A DNA stretch of 64,000 nt from Magallana gigas (Eukaryota), in contig NC_088859.1 of NCBI RefSeq assembly GCF_963853765.1, positions 14,322,001 to 14,386,000 on the forward strand, given 5' to 3'. The notes beneath the pieces are model-generated. The model was not told the origin of the DNA, did no database searches, and worked only from the letters and a program-made list of their open reading frames with translations. Positions 26,401 through 37,553 of this stretch are shown in pieces. The translations under genes were made by a program, and so were the position numbers. Within the stretch, counting starts at the first letter, position 1. Every line of letters starts with the position of its first letter.

Positions 26401-29253
26401 GTTTTGAAATTGGCAGATTTCCAATGCAAACAAGAAGGGAAACATACACTGAATGCAGACATACATGTACTCACTAATTTGAAGATCCATACTTAATATT
26501 TGCATTTAGAAATGTGTGTGATTCCCTGAGGAATATAAGCAATTTTAATCCCCATTGAATAGTCATGACGTCCAAATATTATAGTTGCAGTAATTGTTAT
26601 CGTAAACAAAGTACCGGTATTGCATACCCCCCCCCCCCTCCTTCGAATACAGTTAAATTCTGCATTGTTTTTAATACCAAAGATAGACCAAACTGTCGGA
26701 CAGAGAAGCATCGGTGTTTTACAGGTTGAACAAGTCATCTCAACGAACATGTCAGCTAATTTTTCTCTTTCTTCAGGTGCTATTTGAATTGCAAGCCGAG
26801 AGTCGCAACCTCCTTGATGATGTCAATCCGAGTGAAATGTACGACTTGCTCAAGAGACGACGAAAAAAGAGCCGTCTACAAATGGAATCTGGTGGAGTAT
26901 GACCCAGCAACAAAAGCCACCAGAGCCATCAACGAATGGGAGAATTGGTTAGAAACAGGTCAGCTATTCCTCTTGATTTTTCACAAAAATGTTGCTTGTT
27001 TGGCTCTTGATGTAAACAATTGTTGTTGGGTTTTTTCTCGGTTAAGGAATTCAATACGAGGGTATACGTCAGTTTTTTGGTTTTGTGTATTTATCTTATA
27101 TTGTGTATTTACGTATCTACACAATTGTATAAATTTATGCTAATTTAGACATGTTAATGTTATACAATTATCTACTGAGACCAAAGCTGGATATTGTTGT
27201 TCCTTGAGCAACGCGGCTTATTTTGGTGTGAGGAAAGGTTTGTCGTATAAAGTCATTCATTGTCGGAAACCTACGATGATAACGCGTCGTTCCTTTCTCC
27301 ATCACCGGGTGAAGGAGAATGGAACACCGCGTAATTAACCGTACGTGGGTTTCTGACGATCAAACTTCAAAGTCATCAGGATTCAATTAAGCTTATATGT
27401 TTTACTAGCATTTTAAGATAACCTTTTGATGGTATTTGCCAATTGGTAATGACATAAGAAATACGGTGTCACGTTTTACTGGTGTTGTCTTATTTCTCGA
27501 AAATAAGATGTTCGCAAGATATGTGCGATTGCTTTTTAAACAAAGAATACCAAATAAAGATGCGAGTACTATAAGAGCATTGGATGGTCATGGCCAAGAA
27601 TGCTACATTATTCTCGTGCAAAGGAGAACTTTCTTAGAACCATTTTAACAAGACCTAGAACTTTCATTAGGACTTAACAATCTATTTCTTTCTTCAAAAT
27701 AAGTTAAAATGATGCTGATTTCGAGTGAAAAAAATGCATAGATTACGTTGTTTTAGCTCAAAAGCCTGATAAATATTGTTGATTTCAAGGAGCCATGGCT
27801 GAGTGGCCAGCAATGAAAAACACAGTCCTGCGTCACATTGCCGTTTGACACAACTACCCAAAGCCCAAGCTCGTGATAAATTGTCTCTATTCATTGACCC
27901 TAAGCACAAAATTCTCTCTTTCCTTCACTGCAGATCCCTCTGAACCCAAATTTGTCGTGAAGGCCAATTCCTTTCGCGGGCTGTCGTATTACCTTCTTAC
28001 GGTTAAGATGAATGTCTCGAACAGTTGGTCAGAAATGCAAATGATCTTGGAGACAACGAATCCCCCTTATGGAGGATTATGCGGAGTTACGGAAGTAACA
28101 AAATCAGGTAAGTTTTGTGATCTCGTGGAGTAAGCTAACTGGAATAAACACCATTGTCATTGGACTCTGGTCAATATCCCCTTGAAGTATTACTCTACAA
28201 TATCCGAAAATATCATTAGACGATTAAATGGAAAAAAAACATTTTTTTTATAAAGCCATTATTTTTTTTCCATTAAAAAAACAAAACAAGAAAAAACATC
28301 AATTGAGATAAACGGCGTAAAAGAACTTGTTTTTCAACATTGCATTTATTGCTATATTTACATGAATCAGAGNNNNNNNNNNNNNNNNNNNNNNNNNNNN
28401 NNNNNNNNNNNNNNNNNNNNNNNNNNNNNNNNNNNNNNNNNNNNNNNNNNNNNNNNNNNNNNNNNNNNNNNNNNNNNNNNNNNNNNNNNNNNNNNNNNNN
28501 NNNNTGTAGAACTTCGTTTTGCTTCAGGTCAGGTTGATTTAGAACTGAGGGGGTGGAAAGACGAGGGATTTAGAAGACAGCAGAATGTGGAGTTAGATTG
28601 GAAGGAACAGATAAGTTACCGCATATTTCAAGAGGACTCGCAAACTAAAGAGAAATCACTCGTGTACGAAGGCTGTAAGTCATCATAGTAAAGTGGAGTA
28701 ATTCAGTGTTTCAGACATTTTAGAAGCAAATAAAGAGAAATCGGTGTTGCACAAAATGTTTACTTATATAAGGAGAACCTTCCACAACTTGTATTACGTA
28801 GCTTTCACACAAGAATACTAAGTATCCCCCTTATATCAAGACAGAAAATATTACAGCTCAAAAAGCTTATTATTTGCTCAAGAATAAACATATCTTTTCC
28901 ATATTGTTAAACTAAGAAGGGTCCTTGATTACTGTTAATGTGCATTGCAAAACCAAAAAAATATTTTTAATATCTTAAAATTTTTTTTTTTCAAAACAGA
29001 TGAACGAATTATAAGTGGATTGTACTTTAATTACGGATATAAAGAAGACAAGTCGTTTATAACTATTTACGCTGAAGTCCTCGATGTCTTTGGCGATTTT
29101 ACCACCTGTAACATTGCACCATTTCAGGTGAAGTTTTGATATACATGTTCTACCATGTTGTCTTTTTTTTTTAATTACTGAATGTTATGTGGATCTGTTC
29201 GTTTTATTATTTGATTTTATCCTTATCAGCCTCCTCCAATGAAAAATAATTAT

Positions 29254-29322
<69 letters not shown>

Positions 29323-32300
29323 ACCAATGTCTGTATACTCTTCAGATATTTTCGCCGATGAAGGACACCTCGGTAGACGACTTTCTGGTGAATTCCCAGG
29401 AGATGATAGAAACTGCGATCGAACAGTCCAACACCGGCCTCGTATCCATGACACTAGAAACAACCATTAGTACCTCAAACCGGGAGGTATGTACACGCCG
29501 TTTGATGAATCTAGTTACTGTATACAGGGAAATATTCGTCCTTTTCGCCCTGGTTGTGAGCCCGCGAATTTAAAACTGGGCGAATATCAATGTCTCAAAC
29601 TATTTTCCTAAAACAAAACTGTGTCTGGGCGAATTAAGGACTGGGCTAACTGTTTCAAAGTTCAGAATGGCGAAAATTACCCTGTGTACAGTATTAATTT
29701 AAGCCGTGTGTTTAATTTGATTTGATTAAAAAAAAGTTTAGTAAAGGACACACAAAAATGCTCATCCTGAGTGGAATGAATAAGAAAGGTTTCAAACATT
29801 GTGTAGACAAAAAAAGTTTATTTTTAATTTTTTATACTATTTCCTCAAATAAAACTTTACGGAACGCAACCCCCTTTTTTCAGGAACTTCCCGAGACTAG
29901 TTTCATTGATGAGTTGATTGAAAACCCGGAAACCTGGAGCAGTATTGGGGAGGCAACCACGTTTGAAAACCTCTTCCAAAACTTGATGGTTACAGATCAA
30001 AATTACACAAATCAAGAGATTCTAAAAGAGGTATGTATTTACAACCGGAAATCATCAATACATGAATAGAAGTACACGTAATTATAAATGTATAGCTCTT
30101 CAATTACAAAAAAAATAAGTAGTAAGTCTGAACCAAATAAAACAGTGGATTTAAAATATACTCTTTTCATTAAAAGAAAGTTGTAGAAACTGCGTATGTA
30201 TGTATACTATACATTTTAAATTTTGAATGTAATGAGTTTCTTTGGCAATTAAAAATAAAAGCAAGAAGCGAATCTTAGCTACTCAGGGAAGAAATTGTTT
30301 CTGCAATATCGTCTCGATGCTTTGACGTGCAGTCATCATTGGAAAATCACAAATGCAACTACGCTTCCAAAATGGTTCATTCTTAGTCCCTGAACATAGT
30401 TCATAAACTTTTGACATTTATAATATCTACTCGTTCGTCAAAAGATAAAATGGGTGAAGTATGATAATGGCGACGGCCCGTTTAATTAACAGGGAATGCA
30501 GAATATGACTGCCTATCTGAAAACGTCGACAACTTCTCTGAAAATTGACAACACGGTCTTACAACGACAGATGGCGTTTTGTTCGGGGTCTTCCATGGAA
30601 ATCAAACAACTAGTCACACAGGAGGCTATGGTAATATAATAGTCCTTATTCTAACCACGATATCAAAGAAGTATGTATCACATAAATAAAATTTGTTGAT
30701 TTCTTGCTCAAGGTTTCGGCTCTGAGTTCCACCAATGACGTCATCGAGAACTTCATCAACACGTCAATTAAAGCTAACTTCCCCGTCTACGAGGACTATC
30801 TGTCAACTTCAGAGGGTGGGCGGCAATTTGACGTTTCGTTTAAAAATCTGTTTTCAGAAACAAAATTATGAAATTATCATCGAAAATTAAAATACCTAAC
30901 ATTAAATGGATATCTGTTGTAGCCATCTTGCGTTCGGTGGACAATATGCTCAACATTTTGATACCAAAGTTAAGTCCTGATATTCCGGAAACAAACGACA
31001 TCTACAAAATAGCGGACCAGTATAGCTCTGAAGACACAATTAATGCTTATGATGGATTGGGATTTTCGCCACAGGAGAGGGCACTATTTGTGTCAATGTC
31101 TATTGATGCGTACCAAGAAAGTGTTAACTCTTCCCTTGAAATGGTAATGTAAAGTTACGGGATGGAATGACAAACGGTTGAACAGATTCTAATAAAATAT
31201 GAACCAATTTGTATATAGGGGTCTAGAAAAAATAATTAAGCCGATTACAAATCAAAAAGTTTTATACATTTCGGTATTTATTTCATTATAGCAGTAAAAT
31301 CAATGTAAATTATATGCTGGCTTTTGGCATTATCATTTAAATGTAGGCAAACCAAACGGTGCCGAATGTTCAGAAGTCTATTCTGGAACTTGGAACGGTA
31401 TTAAAAGAGATCACACATAGGAAGCAATTTGAAGTTGAGGTGACAAGACCGGGATTAAAGACAAGCATGGAGAAAGTGCAGGTGGACCAAGAAATCGATA
31501 GGAAAAACCTGAAAATTAAGTTTGATCTGAACACCGAACTGGAAGAAGATTTACAGGTAAACACAGATTTTTGTCTTTAAACTATTTACTATGTAGATCA
31601 TAATTTGCAAAAACAGTACTCACTCAAGTAAATAATGTTTGTTTAAGGTTACGCAATATTCCAAAACTCCGTTTATTTGGGATCCGGAAGCTAAATATAT
31701 AGAGTCACCAACGGTCCACATTGCACTGGGAAATAGAACGTCACTTCCGTCTGTAAAAACAAAATTCAGTGTGTCCTCTTCGGTGACCAAACGACAAATT
31801 GTGTTAGATTTTCCAGACGATACAGACGAGTATGTTTCCCGGTCATTCGCCTACAAGATTTGGTGGAAGAATCCGGCCGATAATTTGGTCTTCAGTTTTG
31901 AACGTGACAACAGTACTCTCGATTCATTTTCGCACGTCGTTTACGCAAAAAAGGATAGCACTCCGACTAGTTTGGATCACGAGTGGACAAAAATCATCAC
32001 ACAGAGCGACTGGATTGATGGGGGCGCTTCTTGTCTTCTTCCGAAAAACTTTTGTTCGAAGCCATGTCTGATGTTTTTTGCTGTTCATGTTACATTTAGT
32101 AAGAACTATCTACTAGTATTGTAAATTCATAAAATAAGTTTTTGAAAAATTTTAATATTTATTTTTGAAAAATCAACAAAGTTAATATTTCAATATTTTG
32201 TATAATGTAAATAAATTGAAACTTATCTATAAATACTCTTTAATGAAAGTGTTGTTTAAAAGTTCATCACGTTTTTATTTAAAAACATTTTTTTTTATTT

Positions 32301-35300
32301 AACCTTCTTCAGTTCCAAAATCAGGACATAGTAGAAAACGTCGTTCCGTTTCGAATAGTACCGTCACTTACAGCACGTCGAATATTACCGTCACTAACAG
32401 CACGTCATCTGTAAGTTATGACGTCAGCGGATGGACGACAGGTTGTCGAGTATGGGATGGGCAACAATGGGACAAAACTTCTTGCCAGGTTCTACTCTCT
32501 ACTATTGATATATCGTTTTATTCCATACAGCGCTCCAATGAAACCACAATCAATGTGTTCCGTAGTTATACCAGAATTTGTAAATAAAAAGTTTTCCACA
32601 GTGGAATCAAACAAGACGAGATAATCTAGATCTTTTCTTTATACAGGTATCCCCGGAGACAAATAACAGAGAAACTGTTTGTGATTGTCAAAATCCCCCA
32701 GGGGATAACTTCGCAACGTCGTTCTTCGTTCCACCGAACTCGATCGATTTTTCGACGGTTTTCGAGAAATTCGACATCATTGGGAACGGAGCGGTGTTCG
32801 GCACAGTGACGGCCATTATAGTGTTGTACGTCATTGGTCTGTTGGTGGGTCGACGTTACGACAAGAAGGATCGAGAAAAGGTATCAAATTTTGTTTCTAC
32901 TATAAGGTTTAAGGATGCATTGGTGTATTGTTTTCATACCACGGTGTTCGAGTGTTTCACATATAATGATTTGGCCTGTCTCTCCGGTTCCATCTAAACT
33001 GAAGAAGGGTTTTTTTTCCAAAAGTTCAAGGCCATTAATTAAAAGTACCATGACGGTTAGGTCTGGAACTTGGCTAAATGGCCTTTACAAGTAAATTTTG
33101 AACATATCCCCTTATGATCTGTGAGTAATTTCAAAGTGAATTATAGTTTCTTCTACTGAAATCGGCCACTCTCTGCATGATAAAATAAATCATTTTTTTA
33201 TGTTTTTTAATTAATATTATTTTAGTTTTAATTTAAATTATAGTATCATATATCATTTATCACCAATGGTGAGATGTAAAACATTTCTGACTGTGTTTAC
33301 TCTAGTGGAAGCTGTTTTACATGAGTGATAACTTGAAGACGGACAAGCACGTGTACCTGGTCACCGTCTTCACCGGTCTGTCCAGGAACTCCGGCACCAC
33401 GAGTAACGTTAGCTTCGTCATCGCCAGTCTCCTCAAAGACACCGGAGTCCGTCATCTCACCGACGGAGTCAAAAAGGTACCACCTCTTACGCCATCTCGA
33501 CAACCAATTAAATCTTTACAATAAGCGCATTAAAAATATATTTTACTACAATTGAGCAGGATTTCAATTTCTGCGCAAGGTTACACGTATATTTCTTAGC
33601 AGGATTTTATTTGCAATACACATGTATATTTTTTTTACATCGCGCAGGGTTTCGAGACAGGAAGTGTCTTCACTTACGTCATGACCGTTCAGGATTCCCT
33701 TGGTGACCTGACTTTTCTGAACATCTGGCACGACAACAGCGGGAAGGGAGGAGACGCCTCGTGGAATCTAATCAAAGTTGTCGTAGAAGACGCACACACG
33801 GGGAAAAGGTGTGTTACAAGGAACTTCCTGTTGAGAAATATATGTAGAGTAGATTGACGCGTTTAAAATAATCAGATAGCGTTGACGTCAATAAATTCTG
33901 CAATTTGCAAAACCATTGCCATTACATGTAGCAAATACAGATATAAAACGCATAATTTAATCTGATAGAACGAGTCTTTGACGATGCATACTTCGGGTAA
34001 AAATTTGATATGGTTGTACATGTTATAAGAAGTCAAATTGTCGCTTTGCAATTACAGTATCAGATATCTCTAAACTTCATCATCGGTAAACTCATGTATT
34101 GTACTATAAATCAGAATTTATTAATGGAGTGTGAATAACAATTTAAGTTTCTCTTTTGTGCAGATTTGTATTTTTCTGTAACCAGTGGTTGAGTCTGGAT
34201 TCACACGAAAGCTCCATACAGTGCACAGTTCCCGTGGCAACCTCCGAATCTCTCCAGACTTTTAATTTCAACTTTAATGAAAACACTCGAGAAAACGTCA
34301 CCGACAGCCATTTATGGTTATCCATGTTCATAAGACCTGAAAAAAGCACCTTCACACGCTGTGAACGTCTTTCATGCTGCGTGACTCTACTTTTCTTAAC
34401 AATGATTTCTAATGCCATGTTCTACGGAAAAGACGAAGCGATAGAGCAAATTCGCGTCGGTCCTATCAAATTTGCTCTATCCTCTATTTACATATCATTT
34501 GTTGGAATTATCATGACATTCCCTATTGTTCTAACAATATCAATGATATTCAAAAAGTCAAAATGGCAAAAGGAAGCTGAAGACAGAGACAAAGACAGAG
34601 AAAACGTCGAATCCTTTTTGACACAGAAGAAAGAAATGAAGTTTCGAATGCCACCCAAATGCTTATACGTCGCATACGTCCTTGTTGTTCTGTCCATCCT
34701 GCTGTCTGGGTTTTTCGTGGTTCTGTACAGTATGGAGTGGGGAAAAGCTAAATCTGAGGAATGGCTGAAAACTTTTTTCATGTCTTTTCTGGAATCGTTG
34801 TTTATTGTTGATCCAATCAAGGTTTGTTTTGATGATCCTTTCGTTTTCTTTCCATATTAACGTTTAAAGGGTTGTGAGGTCATGCCAAAATTTTATTATT
34901 TAAAAACTATCTGGAAAAGAAGACCTCTAGGTTATAATACTAACAAATTTTCAAATAAGACTACATATTAAAAGAGTAAATTGTGAATACATAAAAATAG
35001 TTTCCAAGTTTATTTGACAATTGATTTATTTGTTTGACTATGCAGCCTCTTTCAATTAAGTATTGAATACATGTATAATATTCCTCAAATTAACCGAAAG
35101 CTCGGAAACCACATGCAAATTTTGTTGTAGGTTATAGCAGTTGCTGTGTTCTTGTCCATCATTACCAAAAAATCTCTTGATGACAGTAAATACGAGACAA
35201 CGAAGCTATTGGAACAATCCCAGACCAGGGCACTGGCATTTGCTCGAGACACTAAAAGTTTGTTTGCGTATTTAAAGAATTACTTACCTACAATACTGTC

Positions 35301-37553
35301 AATAGTCATGCGTAAATGATAGTATATTATCTTTTAATATTTTTTTTTTACGGCGCAATGCATAAGTATATTCGTAAAGTTAAACGTAATTTTGTTCCGC
35401 AAAGTACATGTGTGCTAAAAATGTGTATGATTTTAATTATAACTGAGATTTTTTTGATGTAATTTAGTGAAAATTATACTAAAAAATATATTTACTATTC
35501 AAAATATACGTATAAAAAGTCTACAATGAAATTTTAATTAAGATTTTTTTCAATTGGCAGACATAGCCTGTTACGGAAAACCTTACGACGAGCAAACGCT
35601 GGAGAACATGAAACGAAAACGGTTACAGGAACTGAGAGTCAAGAGCATCCTTGTGGAGCTCCTGCTCTACGGCTGCTTCCTGACCATCTTGTACTTCATC
35701 AGCTACAACAACAGAGATTTCAACTCATATCATATAACACGACATTTGAACAATCAACTTCTGCAGAGCCCGACCAAAAACAGCAGTTTCCACACACTTC
35801 GATATTTAAATGTAAGAACAAATCCATCTAAAAGTTATCGTATTTTCAGATTTGTTCCGATTTTCAATTAATGTAATTGATACAGTGTCGTTGTCCCGTT
35901 GTCTGTTAGGTGCGGAGTACAGAATATTTCTATGACTGGTTGAGGAACACCTTGATTCCGTTCGTATTCCCATTAACATGGTACAATGGACAAGCACTGA
36001 ATTCTTTTGAACGGCAGAACACTAAAGATCAGGCAAATTACAGGCTAGGACCTGTAAGGCTACGGCAACTTCGAGTCAAAGAGAGTAAGATTGTTAATTT
36101 GTTCATTACTAAATTCCGTAAGTCTTTTGTTTTTTTGTTGTTGTTCTATATTTGGCAATTTCTATGTGAACCAAGATTATGTTCCAATGAATTCTTTATT
36201 TCAGCCAAATGTTCTATTCCTCTGATTCTGGATGCCACCTGCTACGCAGATTATGGAATCCCTACGGAAGATGAGCGCAGCAATTGTCAGAGCTGGGGAT
36301 TACCTTTTTGTGACGTCACTAAAACACGTTGGTCTTCTAAAGCTTGGCAGTTTACCAGTGCCACTGACATATGGGGTGTTCCAACCATAGGACTCCAGGG
36401 GACTTACGGCGGAGGGGGCTACGTGGCGGATCTAGGTATCCACCGAACGTACGCCAATGTCATGTTGGATGAACTTTACAATAACCTATGGATAGATAGA
36501 CAAACTAGAGCTGTGTTTGTGGAGTTCACCCAATATAACAGCAATGCCAACCTGTTCACGTTTGTATCCCTTATGACCGAGTTTCCACAGACTGGCGGCG
36601 TGTTGACAACTGCCCATGTGTATCCTTTGAGAGTTTATCAGCATGTTGGAAACTTTGGGGTATTCATTTTTCTCTGCGAAATAGTCCTCATGATCTGCGC
36701 TTTGGCTTTCTTCGTCTATTTCGTCGTGCAAATCGTGAAACACAAGAAAGCGTTTTTCAGAGATACATGGCGCCTTTTTGATCTCGTCATTGTCGTGTTG
36801 ACTGTAGTTGGTGTTGCAATGTATCTTACAAGAATGCTTTTCACGTCATGGACGATCACAAAATTTACGGATCAGAAACTGAAGTTCGTCAACTTTGGAC
36901 ACATTGCTCTTTGGGATGAGGTTCTCAATGCTTTCCTGTCCTTTCTTGTCTTTTTATCGACTATCAGAATTCTTCGAGTTTTGAACTACAGTCGAAGCAT
37001 TACTCATTTAGCTGGAGTACTGTCTAATGCCAGAAGAAACCTTTTGGGTTGTTTCTTTATGTTTGCTTTGATATTCATAGCATACGCAGGTTTCGGCTAC
37101 CTCCTGTTTGGCTCAGATCTTGAAACCTACAAAAACATGTTTGTTTCAATCACAACTATAGTCAATTCACTGGTTGGCCGGAACAGCCTCCATGGGTTGA
37201 TAATGGCGCGCCCTGTGATAGCTGAATTCTACTACTTTACATTTGTGACGTTTGTCATTTGGATTGTGATGACAATGATGTGCGCTACTCTGAACAGAAG
37301 CATTCGAGAAATTCGAAACAAAATCGAAAGTCACGAACGGATGTACGAAATAGACGACCTTCTGCATGATCTTCTGAAGGATTTCTGGCACAAAATTCAT
37401 TTCAAACTCCCGTCAGTCTCCAAGGCAACGCATGAATTACGTCGCACCATAACCTCAGTGACGTCAGGAGACGTCAGTCTGATCCTACAGGAGTTTGAGG
37501 AAGATTCCTGCAGCGAGGATGAACAGGAACCAAACACAATAAGCAATTGCTGA
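16500..37553 (+). CDS. Polycystin-1 family (PKD1-like/REJ) receptor: signal-TSP1x3-REJ-GAIN/GPS-TM-PLAT-TMs-TOP-polycystin channel domain, ~2460 aa
   Basis: Phase-consistent model: 16500-16569 (MIWKCIFIVTGLIYILSVIGTSA), optional 17135-17323, 19960-20148, 20310-20444, 22005-22172, 23384-24755, 26777-26958, 27934-28107, 28510-28674, 29000-29127, 29346-29486, 29884-30030, 30279-30374 (weaker), 30493-30630, 30713-30815, 30923-31143, 31347-31556, 31648-32098, 32313-32488, 32647-32880, 33306-33476, 33648-33808, 34164-34821, 35131-35257, 35561-35811, 35910-36084, 36205-37553. Motifs: PPYGGLC (REJ), YLVTVFTG..GTTSNV and IWHDNSG (PLAT), FTRCERLSCC, RLGPVRLRQLRV, YGGGGY, LWIDRQTRAVFVEFTQYNSN. Exact paralog cannot be assigned. 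Confidence 0.9.
17135..17323 (+). CDS. TSP1-like exon A, copy 1 (intact, phase 1-1, possible alternative exon)
   Basis: DWSPWTVC..KTRVRTC..ECNCTC..GC with AG/GT boundaries, 189 nt. Confidence 0.75.
17486..17631 (+). pseudogene. Truncated TSP1 exon B, copy 1, reading into junction sequence to a new TGA
   Basis: DGGWGKWGDWKCISNTFTRFRACSDPR, then VVIVFIIDLFSIPHFYGPTI* (TGA 17629-17631). The original donor is absent. Confidence 0.8.
17783..17852 (+). pseudogene. Signal-peptide exon, copy 2, inactivated by a nonsense codon
   Basis: ATG ATC TGG AAA TGT ATT TGA (TTT in copy 1, TGA at 17801-17803). Donor CAG|GTAATT retained. Confidence 0.85.
17886..19422 (+). mobile_element. Tc1-family DNA transposon (DD34E), full length 1537 bp, defective
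   Basis: TA at both ends (17884-85, 19423-24). 25-bp TIRs CTAGCGGAAAAAAGAAACTGTGCAT and CAATCGGAAAAAAGAAACTGTGCAT. The empty site is visible in copy 1 (~16580). Confidence 0.95.
18205..19220 (+). pseudogene. Tc1 transposase pseudogene
   Basis: Paired-like HTH and GRPR, LFTDESRF, QQQDNARPH, SPIEHAWD with 34 residues between the second D and the E. Frameshifts near 18490-18580 and W to TGA at 18993-18995. Confidence 0.92.
20971..21462. mobile_element. Non-autonomous Kolobok-like MITE
   Basis: TTAA TSD on both sides. Perfect 27-bp TIR AGGGGCATGGTCACGATTTTGGTCAAA with purine-purine terminus. Confidence 0.85.
22344..23151 (+). mobile_element. Helentron-associated interspersed element (HINE)
   Basis: 5' subTIR GGGTCTTGCGTT within a palindrome, a (TTA) microsatellite, 3' subTIR AACGGAAGACCC (23108-23119), terminal hairpin CTCGTTGC-TTT-GCAACGAG, CTAG end. 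Confidence 0.8.
25099..25351 (+). mobile_element. MITE with AGAACCATTTTAACAAGA TIRs
   Basis: TIRs at 25099 and 25323-25351. An inverted copy lies at 27636-~27855. Confidence 0.75.
25708..26175. mobile_element. Palindrome-headed non-autonomous element (hairpin 25708-25816, CCAATCAG tail)
   Basis: GGGAAATATGAAGATTTATTCCCC..AAAATCATATTTCCC arms inverted around GGGCAACGCCC. AACCAATCAGA near 26125. Confidence 0.65.
27636..27855 (-). mobile_element. Inverted, truncated copy of the 25099-25351 MITE
   Basis: GTTTTAGCTCAAAAGCC..GATTTCAAGGAGCCATGGCTG is the reverse complement of the interior of the first copy. Confidence 0.7.
28373..28504. other. Assembly gap (132 N)
   Basis: Run of N inside a polycystin intron, ending 5 nt before the exon at 28510. 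Confidence 0.99.
29257..29319. repeat. (CT)n microsatellite
   Basis: About 31 CT units upstream of the 29346 exon. Confidence 0.95.
29518..29691. mobile_element. TA-flanked MITE (Tc1/mariner-type ends)
   Basis: TA|CTGTATACAGGG..CCCTGTGTACAG|TA. Confidence 0.8.

Noticed and set aside
29185-29463. RE-repeat protein ORFs (also 20273-20660)
   Set aside because: Artefacts of (CT)n/(AG)n microsatellites.
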